64,000 bases of DNA from Eledone cirrhosa (taxonomy: Eukaryota). Below are positions 1 to 14,325 of the stretch, in pieces. Location of the stretch: positions 302,498,001-302,562,000 of the forward strand of contig OZ024741.1 of NCBI GenBank assembly GCA_964016885.1. Direction: 5' to 3'. Made by a program: the position numbers and the translations under genes. Within the stretch, counting starts at the first letter, position 1. The number at the start of each line of letters is the position of its first letter. The notes below the pieces were generated by a model. That model saw only the letters and a program-made list of their open reading frames with translations. It was not told the origin of the DNA and did not search any database.

Positions 1-1016
1 TTATTTTTCTAGGTTGCTCTGTTGATAAAAAAAACAAAAACAGAATTAGTCGTTTAGTTTACATATTGAGACCCCCAACCCATCCTGTTTATTTTATAAC
101 GTATAGGATTTCTAGTAATGTATTTTTTTTTTTGTCATGTATAATGTTTTTTAATGTCTAAAGAAAATTAATTGTTGCAGGGTGGAGTTGGAAAAAAAAT
201 CTTAAAAATTAATAAGGGGACAGGGGGGTGACATTATTTGAGGACCAGGAGTACTTTAAAATGAAGACTTAGATAACTTCTACACAGTTACTCGTCCTAC
301 TAGAAATAGCAACCAAAGCTCAATTCCATATCACACACTAAAATAGATATGTGATCCTAAGTTTGTTGGATCTGGGTTGACATGGGGCAAGACAACAACA
401 GTAATTATGATAATTACAATAACAACAGTAATAAATAATATTAACCGTTTTGATACCAACCCACCAAAAACTGCTTCAGTTTCTTTGAAACAAAACAACC
501 CATTTTAAAGGGTGCCTACTTAAATCAAAACCTGCCAACATTATTTTATATAAGATCATTTTGTTATGTTATAAATTATAATTTTAGAAAATCCTTCCCA
601 AATTCTTCATTAATTAATTAAAATACAAAATAATCCATTAGAGATACAGTGCATACATGAATAGTCCTGTAACTCCTGATAGAATCATAGGGATGCTGTA
701 TTCACATATGGCATTTTTTTGACAGTTTTAAACCTAGCAAAGGCCATTCCTCTACAGGTCTGAATAAACCAGATTTCTTCCAGAGAAGGATAGAAAGTGA
801 GAGAATAGAAGTGAGAAAGAGATAGAAAGTGAGAGAGAGAAAGAATTGACCCCAGTACTGGGCTGGTACTTTTTTTATCGACCTCGAAAGGATGAAAGGC
901 AAAGTTGACCTTGGTAGGATTTGAACTCAGAGAGCAGAGAGTTAAAATGAATACTGCAAAGCATTCTATCCGACATTCTAACAGTTCGCTGTCTTAGAAA
1001 TACAGTAATGAAAGAT

Positions 1017-1262
1017 TTAACTCTTTAGCATTTACATTGCTCTATATTTACTATTATATTTTCACAGTAAAGGCTTTATCTCACATAATTATTTTACATA
1101 ATATCGAATCAATGAGATTTTGATATTATTTATTTTGAGAACAATACCTTAACATCAGTATGAGAAGTCAGTTACAGGCGGTTTAAACAGAAAAAAGGTG
1201 AGAAAATTCTGGCCGGATACAACTGGTTTAAATGCTAAAGGGTTTAAATGCTAAAGAGTTAA
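1017..1262. mobile_element. piggyBac-type MITE (about 230 bp)
   Basis: TTAA-flanked with TIR C(C/T)CTTTAGCATTTA...TAAATGCTAAAG(G/A)G; right TIR locally duplicated; same family at 1876, 19183, 41763 and 57367. Confidence 0.8.
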
Positions 1263-1484
1263 ATTTGCAATGCAAGATCAAATCCCAAGTAAATTCACTT
1301 TGCATATTCCCTATGCCTGTAACTTTTAGTTGTTATTTATTGATTCATGAAGAACAAGATCGGCATAGTTGACTGACTTAGCTTTGCATACACAACAGTG
1401 AAAGGAGGTCTGGGGGCAGTGAACATAAAGAGATACAATTAAATACTGCAAAGCATTTTGTCCTTCACTTTGTTGGTTCTGTCT

Positions 1485-2250
1485 ATCCATGAATAAGAGT
1501 GAAAAAGTTCAGAGAATTATTGCCTCTGTTGACAATCATAGGTTTCTCTCTATGAATGAAAGGCCGGTTGCATGATGTCTGCATGTGAAGTGCAAAACAT
1601 GGGTAGTAAAGGATATGCAAAGGTTGGATATACAGAGGATATGCAAAGGCTGCAGAGAAAGTGAACATATGTTGATGGATGTGTGATGTTAATATACATG
1701 AATGATGAAGCATGGATGAGCTGAGAGAAAAACTGGGTATAAGGGGAATGAAATGTGTGAAAGAGAGAAGACTGTGCTAGTATGGACATGTGATGCATAT
1801 GGATGGTAAAGAAATGCTTGGTGATGCCAGTGGAAAGAAACTGCAGAAGACCAAGAAAAACCTGAGCAGAAGTGTTTAGCCCTTTAGCATTTAAACCGGC
1901 CGTATCTGGCCAGAATTCTCTCACCTCATTCTGTTCAAACTGGCTGTAACTTGCCACTCATACTGATGTTAAGGTATTTTTCTCAAAATAAATATCAACA
2001 TCTCATAGATTCGATATTATGTGAGATAATTATGTGAGGTAAAGCCTTTACCATGAAAATACAATAGGAAATATAGAGTAATATAAATGCTAAAGGTGTT
2101 AGAGCTGATCTCAAAATGTTGAACCTCACAGTGGAGATGGTGATGAAAGAATACTACAAGTAGAGGGAGGGTGTGCTGGAAAGGACCCATCTGACTCATG
2201 TGAGGAGGGAAAAGTAGACACAAAAATGATGATGTTGATGGTGATGATGA
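1485..2250 (+). mobile_element. Degenerate RTE-clade LINE 3' fragment
   Basis: Decayed match to the RTE copies at 45-49 kb (KKFRELLPLL, YGHVM) and a (GAT)n tail. Confidence 0.7.
1876..2102. mobile_element. piggyBac-type MITE nested in an RTE remnant, inverted relative to the 1017 copy
   Basis: Same TIR and internal sequence in reverse orientation; RTE sequence resumes on both sides. Confidence 0.75.
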
Positions 2251-2464
2251 TTACATTAGTATAATTTGTAGAGGAATAGTATAACCAATTAATCAACTTC
2301 AATACTAGACTGGTACATATTTTATTGATTCTAAAGGAATGAAAAAGAAAACCACATGCCATTCATGAATTTCTGCAGATGTCACATTCCCAGCACACAT
2401 GTATTACCTGCTGAAACAGCTGAACCTCTTCTTTTCCTCATGGAGTGGTTGTTATAGTAGATGT

Positions 2465-2690
2465 ATTTACTTGTAGTGGCATTCACCTGGGGTGGGTTGA
2501 GCCTGTTCCATCAAAGGAATTCACGGTGTAAGTTCATTTCAATGGAGTTTCTTCAGGCGATTGGTTTCAGAAGCGGTGCCCAGCCACAAATATATGCACT
2601 TTAGGATAGTGCAATCCAAGTATTGCATCAGTTATAGCACCGAACTCTTGCTTTCACATCCAACACAATTTAGTGGAGCCAGTGCTGTGA
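2465..2690. repeat. Dispersed repeat of unknown class, second copy at about 36060-36270
   Basis: Colinear similarity, e.g. gtgtaagttcatttcaatgga...ttaggatagtgcaatccaag in both copies. Confidence 0.7.
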
Positions 2691-4660
2691 CGGGGACCCA
2701 TGGGAGGGGGTTTGGCCAGCAGAGGTGATAAACACAAATATTTGAGCCATTTTGTAGGCTAGTAGGAGCTCACCCCACTGCTCAGATCAGGTATACCGAC
2801 CCTCAGGACCTTATAGTAGATGTGCTCTCTGATCAAAGGTAGTTGGTTTGACAGAGTTGTTAGAGTGTTGGATATTTATTCCAGGTCTTTACATTCTGAG
2901 TTCAAATCCCACTGACGACCACTTTGCTTTTCATCCTTTCAAGGTCAGTAAAGAAAGTTCTAACCCAGTGTTAACGCAAGCCTCTCTCCTTCCAGCATTC
3001 ACATCCTCTGACTTACCAACCTCTAAAAACCCAAACAGGGAGTACCATGAAAAAAAGTGCCCCAAAAAGGGAGAAATGAGGAGATTTTACATAATGAAAG
3101 CTATACCCATTTTCATAAGAAAAGACATCTCTTACCGGCCCCAAAGTGGGTGGGAGATCTCCCTGTTGGACGGGGAGAGTTGACAGGTCTGCATCCTGGA
3201 TATTCTGCTGGATCAAGGGAAGGAGGTTTGAGAGGATGTCTGTGTCAGCTCATGGCAGTATTGATACTTAAAATCCTTAGTGAAAGCATGGAACATACTA
3301 CCAAGTTATACTGGATTGCAAGTGATGGATGTAGTAATAATAGCATACTGATCAGCAGTATATGCTTTTTTTCAACATGTGGAAGCTCTCTACTCTGAGC
3401 AATATTAATCCATGACTGGACTCCTAGGCATTCAGTTATTTTTGGTCCCCTCTTACACTTTAACCCTTTTGTCATATTTCTAATGACATACACTGACTCT
3501 GCGTATCAATTAATTGTGAAAATCTGAAGAATTTAATGGGATCTAACTAATTTAATGGGATAACTAACTTAATAATTAGTAAGTTTATATTTGAAACATC
3601 ACGTAACAAAAATTTCTTAAATAAAATTATGATGGAAAGTTTTAATTTAGGTACGAACATTTTAAAATGAGCAGTTGTGTGTCATAAAACCTGGGTAGTT
3701 TGAGGTGTGGTATCAAAATAGGTAATCCTTCACCCAACTACAACAGATAAAAAAAAATGACAGGAACCTTAATCCTTTCAAGGGACAGTGTCCAGGGCCT
3801 ATGAGAGCGGGGTCCAGCCGGTACTTTGTTCTGGGGCCCAAGAGCTAAGAAGGCCCCACAGCAACCATTCAACATCCATTTTGAAAAAAAAATTGCCTGC
3901 TTTGGGCCCCAAAGGAGTTTTGTATTGCCTTACAAAATTTCTCTTGGAGACCCTGACAGTGTGCTTTCTGGGCAGCAATTTACCATCTCTCACAACAATT
4001 GAAAAAAACGTAACCATTCACAGGATATTCCTCGGAGTAAGGTAATCAGGTAATAATTCATTATGACAATTTTATTTTCCAGAGACAACCAGTGATGGAT
4101 AAAGCTTGTATGGGCCCTGGCTGAAAACTTCATCTATAAATTATTTATGGCAGCAAAATAATTAATTGGGGGCTCTTTAAATATTGTGTACCCTTGGCAA
4201 CAGCCTAGTCATCCCAATCCCTTAATCTGCAAAGGGGAACAACTGTATCTTCTTCATCATCATCATCATCGTCGTCGTCATCTTTTTCTCCATTTGTTAC
4301 TGGATTAGGTTTGCCACCCCAATTGTTACTTGCTTCAAACCTTTATCTTAGGCGTGTTACAATAAAATCAGACATACACCCCACCTCCTTTACAGTAAAC
4401 TAACGATAAAATAAAGCACGTAAAAAATCTGGGTTCGCCACATTTGGCTTATCAGTAATGCCAGGTAAACTTAGCCAGGCTGGCAGCTTTAGTCACTATC
4501 ATATTACGACCTCAAACTAACAACAACATTGTCACCCCTAACAACACCATTGTATTGTAATAAACTATTCATTGGTTACAGTGGCCACAACAGCAGAGCC
4601 ACGCTGGTATATAAGAGAGGATGTATAAATAAAACTTCCTTTCTTAGCCCCCACCCTTAC

Positions 4661-5070
4661 CTTTTACTCTCCTCCACTTTATATTACACCCTTCAAGTCT
4701 TGTCACTTCTACTTGTCCTCCTGCTCCCTCTCACCACAACCACCATCAACATCATCGACGTCTTCGCTTTACATTATTAATATCATCACCGTCTTCCCCG
4801 ATCTTTCATATTATTTTAATGTAGTGATAAGAATAACTAAGCAGTCTGATGTAAAATTGTATTTAAAGCAAACGAAACATCAAAACGCCCAGATACCTAC
4901 AATATCGTTAGAAGAGTATGGATATAGAGAAGGACAACAGGACACAACGATTAAAACGAAACAAGTCAAACTTAAACTAAATCTAAAACAAGAAGATACT
5001 ATTACAGAAACCGAATACACTGTGAGTCAAACACAGTTACAGCCAGCGCGTTACGTGTACGATACGCGAC
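4661..5070 (-). other. Possible non-coding first exon of a minus-strand gene running off the left edge
   Basis: Minus-strand donor AAG|GTAAGG at 4661/4660; CpG-rich patch near 5040-5135; no open frame through to the donor found. Confidence 0.25.
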
Positions 5071-5488
5071 ACATCACATCATAATATAAGGGCAAGCAAT
5101 TCGGAATAAGTTATTGCGAAAAAGATAACGACGTGGAAAACAAAAAGTAAACTTTCTTCTTAATCGTGAAGAAAAGTTCTTTTTTTTTCTTTCCAAAAGT
5201 TTACTTAATAAGTAAGTAGTCATTATTATTAAATCATTATTATTATTTTTTTAAATTTTATTTAATGTTCATTTCAATTCCAAACGTTTTGACACTTGTT
5301 AGCTTTATGCTGCTTTAGTATATTTTGTTGACAATTTTTGATAATACAAAATTAGTCTTTTTTAAAACCCACCATTCCCTTTCTGAGTGTAAAGCAAAAA
5401 GAAAAAAATTATCCAAATATGATAAGACTAAAGGATGCATTAATAATATGAAGCGTATTTGGATTTTAGTCTTCAAATTTATTATTAT

Positions 5489-5529
<41 letters not shown>

Positions 5530-5840
5530 CATTGGAACCTAGGTTCACGAACTTAATTCGTTCCTGAAGGCCGTTCGTCACCCGAAATGCTCGTAAACCG
5601 AAACTATTTTTTTCATACGAAATGTTAAGTGAGAAATACAGTGAGAGAGAGAAATAAAGAAAGAGAGAGAGAGAAAGAACGAGAGAGACTGACTATGTGT
5701 GAAAGACAGATAAATATCATAGTAACTAACTACACAGCAAGTGACGCTTTCTCGCCGATATTCCCAGCTTTGCTTCTGGCTTGCGTGTTCGTGAACCGAG
5801 ACGTTTTGTATTCGGAAAAATTGTTGGTGAACCGAGGTTC

Positions 5841-5845
<5 letters not shown>
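5530..5845. mobile_element. Tigger/pogo-like MITE in a (TA)n tract
   Basis: Terminal inverted repeats CATTGGAACCTAGGTTCAC / GTGAACCGAGGTTCCACT with TA flanks. Confidence 0.7.
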
Positions 5846-5910
<65 letters not shown>

Positions 5911-6135
5911 ATGTATGTTTGTATATGTGTGTGTGTGTATGTATGTTTGTATGTATGTGTGTGTGTTTGTATGTGTGTGTGTGTATGTATGTTTGTATAT
6001 GTGTGTGTGTGTGTGTGTATGTATGTTTGTATATGTGTATGTATGTTTGTATATATGTACATATATATGTGTGTGTTTGTGTATCTGTATATGTATGTCT
6101 GTATGTCAATGTGTGTGCATGTACATACATATGTA
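5844..6135. repeat. Compound (TA)n/(TG)n/(TATG)n microsatellite
   Basis: Directly visible; source of the YIYI/CVCV ORFs. Confidence 0.97.
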
Positions 6136-6849
6136 GTTGATGGACGAGGGAGAGAAGAGTATTCAATACCAACTTGAGTTTAAATATTCACTATTTAGCC
6201 ATAATAAAAATATATATGTGTGTGTTCTCTCCTTCTCTTCTCTTAATTTTGAGTTTATTTTTGACCAGCCACCTTTCTGGTGGCAAGGTTGTTAAGAAAA
6301 GGAGATAGTTGTCTCTTTTATAAGTGTTCATCCTTTGAATCATATGAATGTTTTACAAATTTTGAAGGTTCCAGATATTGTAGCCATTTGTAGCTTATGA
6401 ATTAAGGAGCTATGTTCTTTCTCCACGAAACCAATTTCAGTTATACTTTGGTCTAGGCAATTGTAGTTCCAATAATAATGGGTATGAAGCTGAACGTGTA
6501 TCTTGGATACTGGATCAACAAACTCCTCATCAAGGTTTCAGAGATATCTTCCTTCTCTTGCCTTTTTCTTACCATATTGACATCAAGTTGGCAGCTGACT
6601 ACAACAGAACATGTTTTTAATGTGTGGCCCGAAACAACAATATCAGGCCGGTTGTGCTTTAATTTGGTGGCGTTTATTTTTTTTAATTTTTAGGTTCCAC
6701 TAATATTCCTTTAAGCCATCAGTTTCAACATATTTCTCCCTATTTGATTTGAATTTCGTCTTCCATAATGCATTTTAGATCATTCTAGCTAATCACATCA
6801 TGCCTCATGGGGAGATAGTGTCTTAAGAAGTGAAGGGAGTTAGCTAGCT

Positions 6850-9632
6850 TTGCATCTCCACCCGTGTCATGACTGAATCTTCCTGCATCTGGCCAGAGAA
6901 CATAGCAAATCTCACACACTTATTTGCACAAGTCATCACAAGCATCCATACTCTATTGTGGCACATGGACCAAGAGAGACACGACCCGCACTTCTAATTT
7001 GATGTCATTGGTCCCTTGTTTCCAGCAAGACTCCCCCTGCACTTCCAGTTCCCTAGCCCCACATGCCCCCTGATCTCAAATATCACCCCATCATCTCATT
7101 CCATGTCAAAGTCTGCCATCCACTTAAGTGATATCCGCAAAGCCGGGGCACTACTTTCATTCTCCTCTTCTCCGAAACCTGTTAAATCTATGAGTTTGTG
7201 GTCATCCAAGATGTAACCTGGCATTCCATCCACAGACACATTGTTTTGGGAATTTACAGTTGTTACTCTTTCCCCATTGAGATGTGCAGTACGCATTTGG
7301 GGACTTGACCCATACTACATTGCCCACAGGTCATTGTAATAACGTGCACGGATGTCACCATTAATGTCTATATCGTCCTGTGTGGCACTGACTCCTCTGC
7401 CTGTGACATATTGCACGAGAATACTTCCACCATTGGTGAAATGAGTCCCTTCTCCACCATGGCCTTGAAGAAGCAGCTCACATTCCACCCATCAAGCATC
7501 TCCTTCAGCACCTCTGAGCTAAATGCCATGCTGTTATCCATCAATAGTTCCTCCACATGGCCCTGCTGTAGGAATATCTCTTTCAGCATCTTGGTGATTT
7601 CCTCTGCAGTCCCTGTTTTCATCTCCCTCCATATCGCTATCCACCCCAGTCTGCAGTCGATCATCGAAAGATACGTCCCTTTATTGTCTTTTTATCAGTC
7701 ATGTGTTACATCCACTGCCAATCGCTTCCAGTTGGGCAAGATCCACTCCCTTCAGCACGGCATCCAATTTGGCCATGTTGATTTGATTGCAGTCTTCCTC
7801 CCTGAGCCAGGCTATGTTCTCAACCTCAACACTCTCTATTTCCAGAACAACCCCTAACGCTATGGCCTTGGCATCACACCATATGGTGCCAGTCTCCAAT
7901 TTCTGTACATACCAACTTCCTCTTACTGGTCCTCTGCAACACTCTGCTCTTTATCTCTACCTTCCAAGGGATTAATATGCCTTCCTCGATCCATCTTTTC
8001 ACCTCTCCCTCAAACTCGCTCCTAGCATCCCCTCTCAGGGTATGCTGATAGCAGCTCCCTCTGTTCTTCAATGTTGGGGGCTCTCCTTTCCAGTACTACT
8101 CAATTATCCACCACTGACCATCGAACACAGCCTGGAAATCCTTGTCTTGAATGGTAAGAACAGCACATTTTTCTTCATGTCTTGCCCTGTTCCCCTGTTG
8201 CACATTCACAATTCATGGTATTCCCATGCTACCAAACATTACCCCGTCCTCACTCACTGTAACATCTCATAAGCAGCCGGCCAATCACATCCATGCTCTT
8301 TTCCACATCAGTTTCATCCACCACATTGTCGATCATGATCACTTGCAGCCTTATTTTATTCCTCACACCACCATGTTCACCCCACTTATGCTTCTGCATC
8401 TAATCTCTCTCTACCATTGACTGCCCTTACACTACTCATCCTGCTCAACCTTTTAACTACCACTGGAGTCCCTAGGGTTGTTGTGCAGCCCTTGTCCACA
8501 AGAGCTCTTGACAGCTTCCCCCCAACCAGAATCGCCACTAACGGCAGTGACTGCAAGAGCGCCTCTACTCACTTCCAGGAGAAACTACCGGTGCAGTAAT
8601 TCCCCTTTGACCGTTTCCCTGGTTGCAATTGGTGGTGATGTGGCCTGCCTGCTTACATCGGTAGCAAATTATTTCAGGCTTCGGCTCCTACCAGACTCTT
8701 GCCATGTGTGGATGCTGACACCTAAAGCACTAGTCTTTGAATGCCCACAGCCGAGTGTTCGTGGGGACTCTTCTCCCCTCGTCATTCATTGATCACTGTG
8801 AACTGCTATAGGCTTCCGTCACTGCTAATGCCACAACATTCCACTCAATGCTTTGTGTCACCACATGGGCCTATGTGATAAGTTCGCTCATGGACATTTT
8901 GTCATTGCCCAGCAGCTGTTGGTGCCTCACTGAAATTATGTAGAGGAAACCATTCATGAACACCAAGCATGCAGCCCTATCTAGGTTTTCTCCTTTAAAT
9001 TTGGCTAGTGTAGCTAAGCTCCAGATTTCTGCCATGAACATGTCCACCTGCTTTCCGGTCAACTTTCCTTTTCCTATTTTGGCAAATGCAGCATAGGATC
9101 CCTCAGTAAATGCTTCCTTGAAGCACTGCTTGATCTTCTCCATGTTCAGTTGGCCTGCCTGGTCCATTTTGAAGTACACAACACCAGTGCGTTCCCCTCC
9201 ATGTATAGAGACATGGGGCCTGCCACATTTTCGATTTCTTGTAATGCAGCAACCAATTTTATTTTCCTAATCCAGGCAATAACTTCTCCTTCACCACAGA
9301 AAGCTCTGATTGCATCACTACTGATCCTAAGCTTCATCGCCATATCTTCTGCGAGTCAGAGAAAGAAAAAGTGCTGCTGAAATTGCTTGTTGCAAGAAGC
9401 AAAAGGATTACCTTTGTGTCTCCACATGTGCTTGGACTGAATCTCCCTGCATGATGCTCACCTGTTTCGCGTCTAGCCAGAGAACATAGCAAGACTCACA
9501 CACTCATTAACACAAATCATCATAAGCATCCACACTCTGCTGTGGTACATGGCCCTCACTTCCAATGTGACATCACTGGCCTCTCTCTTCTGGCATGCCT
9601 GCCCCTACACTTGCGGTTCCTTGGCCCCACTG
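6850..9632 (-). mobile_element. Decayed, internally deleted Ty3/gypsy LTR retrotransposon with both LTRs (about 9415-9632 and 6850-7063)
   Basis: LTR pair shares ccagagaacatagcaa..ctcacacact..aagcatcca; purine-rich PPT-like tract next to TGTGGGG at 7063; gag (FCGEGEVIAWIRKIKLVA), pol (FEGEVKRWIEEGILIPW) and integrase (ELLMDNSMAF) remnants with frameshifts. Confidence 0.85.
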
Positions 9633-9639
9633 GTAGTAA

Positions 9640-10290
9640 CGAGAACACCTATTATAGTTGGCAGTAATGTGGCTAACACCTTCGGTCTTTGTTTTGGACA
9701 ACTGATGACTTTCCTCAGTAGGTACTTGGTGGAGATTTCTTGTTCCTGGATTGCAGAGAAATATCCTTCAAGATGTTATTCATTTTATGCTCATAAACCT
9801 GGGTGAGATAGCTACTGGCCTTTTTCTTCTGTTGAAGATGTTGCCTCAGTGTCATTATCTGTATCTTGTATGATGTTAATATGGATTTTAGACCACACTC
9901 TTTGCATGAAAAATAAAGCCTATCTACATCACCATTAATCTTAAAGTTTCCAGTAATATTGTGCATCTTGCGAGTCCTTACGTGCATCTCACTGAGTTCT
10001 TACAATGACCAGATCAGCAGGCCAATTGACTCAAAGTATAATGTTATATACTACTTTTTGATCTTCTAGTAGTTTTGACTTGTTTTCTTTAACATATGTG
10101 ATGAGATCTTCTACATTGTATGAAGTTTCTTGCACAATTTCATGCCTTAGGCCATAAAAATTAGTTCTTATCAAAGGTGTAGTATTTGTCCGTATAGTAG
10201 AGTTTGTGCAAAGCTGTCAGTCCTACAAAAAAAAAAAAAAAAATGCTAGCAAAGAAGTCTTTATTGGTGCTATGGCTTGTTGGGCTTTAC
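9640..10290 (-). mobile_element. Degenerate non-LTR retrotransposon fragment, R4/Dong-like
   Basis: Translation RTRKMHNITGNFKINGDVDRLYFSCKECG resembles the post-RT DVDRLYLPRKEGGRGL region. Confidence 0.5.
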
Positions 10291-11639
10291 TTTGTTGTCC
10301 ATTTTTACATTTTTACACTTGTCCATTTTCCAAAGGTTTTTTTCGCCGGTGGGTAATGGGCCTGAATTAGGAATCCCAAAATGCACCAGAATGTTTCTTT
10401 ACTGCTGGTATATCGCCCATGCTGGAAGTTAGACACCTTGTTGGACATATTTCGTTGTTGTGGCACAAACAAGGCAACATTGGAACTCTTGTTGATGTAT
10501 TTGCACACATACTTTATAGATTTCCTATCACCCACCCACTCCCACTTCATTTTCGTGGGGAAATTGATTGCAAGAATATCGGAGATCAGATTAGTTGAAA
10601 ACACGTAAAAACTTCAGAAAAAAATAATTCTTTCCGATCCCCAGCAGGGGAATTTCTATAAATTTAAACGGCTAAGAGGTGCTTATCTGGAACTCTGAGG
10701 GTCCCTCTCCCTCTCCGCCACTCTTTGCGGAAAAAGGTGTCGAAAACACCTAGAAACGAAATCTACGAGGCTGGGAAAATCCGAGCGTAATCGCCCCTCC
10801 ATTCCGTTTTCGGAGAAAAAGTCGATTGTGAGCATATCGTAGGTTAAATTAGTTGAAAACAACACGAAAACCTTAATTATTGCCAATTTTATTTTGTGGT
10901 CAACGAACAAACTTCCTTTTTATAAGTATTATGAATGTGTGTGTGTATGTATATATATGTATGAATGTATATGCACGAATCGACCCCGTATTGTGGTTGT
11001 GTTGGTATTATGACAAAAGGCAGCATCCAACCCACTCTATAATGTGGTCGTGTTGGTGACACGACGAAAAAGCACACTAATGAAGTTGGGGTTGGGAAGG
11101 GCATCCTGTCGTAGAAACCAAACGAACATACAAATCCGTTTTATAACGTGACAACCCGACTAACCTATGCAACCGTTAAACATAGAGGTTAAATGATGAT
11201 GATGATGATGGTGGTGATGGTTTGTAAGTGTGTGTGTGTATGTATATTATATATATATATATATATATAAAATTTAAAATGCAAGGAAATAGACAAAAAT
11301 ATACCTATTTTTTCTTCAATGTATGTATGATTGCGTGTGTGTGCGCGAGCACACACACACGCACTGAATGAGTCAAATATTCATAAATAATACTTTGCAG
11401 TCGGTGACAATTATGTTACACTTCGCCTCAATCTGACAAGTAGTTGACTGGGTGAAAGTATGTGCGTGTATGTTTTAACTTAACTGCTTGTTAACGATTG
11501 TGTTCGTGTGTGTAGACATTTGGCTGAATTATGTGCGTCGTTCCTGTTAAAAAAATTCTCTCTCTCTTTTTCTCTGTCGTTTTAAGTTCCCTCCTGCTTA
11601 TAAGTCAGTCGGTTATATGTACAAAGTCCGTCAACAAAG

Positions 11640-11920
11640 TATGAGACGAGTACTCATCAGTGTATTGGAATTTCGTCGCTTCCGAAGATGAGTGTTCCAG
11701 AACGGAAGAGTCTGCTAGACACGTGTACTCTTATAACGTAGTTCTCGGGGAGATTCAATGTGACATGCCTGGTCCTTTGAATTTAGGGTACAACTTATTT
11801 TAAATTGGGGCAACGAGAAATAAAGTGTCTTGCTCAAAGACACAACGCACAGTCTGGGATCGAACTCATGACCTTACGATAATCAGCTGAACACCAAAAC
11901 ACAAGTCCATGCACCTTCAT
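11640..11920 (-). mobile_element. tRNA-derived SINE
   Basis: Minus-strand B-box-like GAGTTCGATCCC followed by gtgtctttgagcaagacactt. Confidence 0.6.
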
Positions 11921-12129
11921 GTACACACATTGTTAACTGAGGAGCCACAGGATTGATCCAGGGCTTACAGATTCCTGCATAAGCATTTAAAATAAATAGA
12001 TAAAAAACAAGCCCCGAATCTCTTTTGTGTTTTCACGGTTAATAAAAGAAAATATTCTCTGAGAATTCAGTAGCTCCGATTAAGTTCTGATTTCGTTTGT
12101 AACGACCCATCTAATCCTTAACCGCAGCG

Positions 12130-13085
12130 AAAACGGGCTTTAAGTGACGAAGCATGCTCACTTCCATGCATCCTCACACTTCGCATGTAGGCATCATACA
12201 GCCGGCCTTTCGCTCGTAGAAAGAAAACTCATAGTAAACAACGGCAGTAGCTTCCTGAACTTTTTACAGCTTGTTCTTATTCTAGAAAATAGGAATTTCC
12301 CTCTAGCTCTTCCATAGATTCAGGCCACCAACATACAGAAGTTCCCACGGACAGCCTGTTTTAAACTTCTGTTGCGACCTGGAGGACTGTGATAAACAGA
12401 AGTGGGCTGAGGACTGAGTTTTGATGAACACCAATCTGTACATTGAATTCTTCACTAAACTCATTACTTACACTTTGCTAACAGCCCCTGTGTACATATG
12501 GCTTACACTACTCTCATAAGTCATTCATTTCCACCCAATCAAAGGCCAACTCCAGATCAATAAAAGCTAGATATAATGAGGATAGGAACTTCTCTTGTCG
12601 TCTTCTTAAGAAGAGGACATCTGTGGTGCATCTTCCTGGCACAAAACCAAACTAAATCTCACCGAATTAGTCAAGTAATAGCCTGAGTTGGAACAGGGTA
12701 GGCGTTCAAAGAGCTATTTCGCTGCTGGCAAGAAAGGTGTGAAGGGCAGATTGTTTCATGCTTGTGTTCAAACTGCAATGCTGCATGATAGCCAGACATG
12801 GGCCACGAATGCAGATGTACGGTGACAGAATAGCCGAGTTTAAGAGGAATCAGATGTAAAGTAAGGCGAGTGAGAGCTGTATTAACAAGTCTTGAGAGCT
12901 TCAAGTAAATGGAACCCGTGGAAAAGGAAAACCAAGGAAGATGTGGGTCGAAGTTGTAAAGAATGATCTCAAGAAACTGAACTTCATGAAGTAGTTGACA
13001 CAGGATCCTGATGACTATCGACTTACCATACTAGAAAAGATCCACCCACTAGTAAAAGTATAACGACGCTAAACGTAAATGTGAT
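12130..13085. mobile_element. Rearranged degenerate RTE fragments (minus, then plus orientation)
   Basis: Decayed similarity to the 47-49 kb and 62-63 kb RTE copies. Confidence 0.6.
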
Positions 13086-14325
13086 GAGGGATCGGAAATT
13101 GCATAAAGTGGAGGGTGTCCCTATTTAGCCTGCAGTGAATCGGACTTGCTAACAAATGAGCTGAGTCACCATAGAGTAGAGAGGATCTTTTGGTCTTGTC
13201 AAAGTCCTGGCAACCTCTCAAGTATTGATGTTACGAAGAACGCACTGAGAACATTTTGTAGTGTGGGTAAAAGTCAGTCGGAAACTATCGGGTAGAGAAG
13301 ACTCTTCAGTCTGATGCCATGATAAAATGCTTTGGGTACACTCCGTAAAGTGGCTAGCATTACGAAGGGCATCCAGCTATATAAACCATGGCAAAATATA
13401 GAATGTCTGAGCAAGGCGTGTGGTTATCTTGTTCGGGCCATTAGTTCAGTCCAACAAATACCAGTATGGAAAGTGGACGTAATATATATATAGTCTTCAG
13501 TGCTAAGATCGTGAAGACGACTAATTATGGGGGTACTCAATGCATGGGAATATACAGAGTGGGTATAGAGATAGGTAAAATCCCGACTCCGACGCCAAGT
13601 GGTTAGAGTTTATCTCTCTCTCTCTCTCTCTCTCTCTAGAGAGAGGGAGAGAGAAAGATGGGGGTGGGTGGAGGTAATTTCACATTTGTATTTCTCTCGT
13701 CATTACAAGTGTTTATAACATAGATTGTGTATTTTAGTCCCATTTATTTTTAATTTCATCTGAAGACTACTAATATACTTTATAGCAGAGTAGAAACACT
13801 AATTATTCTATACAAAGGTAAACTGAATTAGGGAACAGATATAGATTCCTGGTCCAAGCTGATTCATTTATATTGTGAACAGCATTGTTTGTCATTGCCT
13901 CGGGATAGACGTCACTGTCACAATATATCTCGCATTATATACACACCCACTTCCTTGTAAAATGGGAGACGTTGTGTTACCTTTAATAAGCAATCGATAT
14001 TGTCATCACATCCGTTCGATCATGCGCTTAAAAACCGATATGGAAACGACAGTTTGTTACAAACTCATCGTTCATCAGTCAATATATAAGGGAAATAATT
14101 ATATTTAAAAAAATATTAAAGTACTTTTGATATCTCATACAAGCAAACCAAAGAAGTAAAAAAATAAATAGAACTGAAATTACACGAAAAAATTATCGAA
14201 AATACTGCCCCCCAAAATACCCCTAACAAATCCGAAATAATTTTCATTTACTTCTTCCGGAAAGCTAATCGTAAATTGTGGTGGCAGTGGCGGCGGCTTG
14301 GGTGACCTCTTACGAAGTCATAGCC

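Noticed and set aside
5629-6177. Several 80-180 aa ORFs on both strands
   Set aside because: They are translations of (TA)n/(TG)n microsatellite, which lacks stop codons by composition
13755-13810. CTGAAGA...GAAAC hammerhead-like string (also CTGATGA...GAAAT near 45270)
   Set aside because: No proper stem II closing pair or cleavage triplet with stems I/III; at best dead remnants
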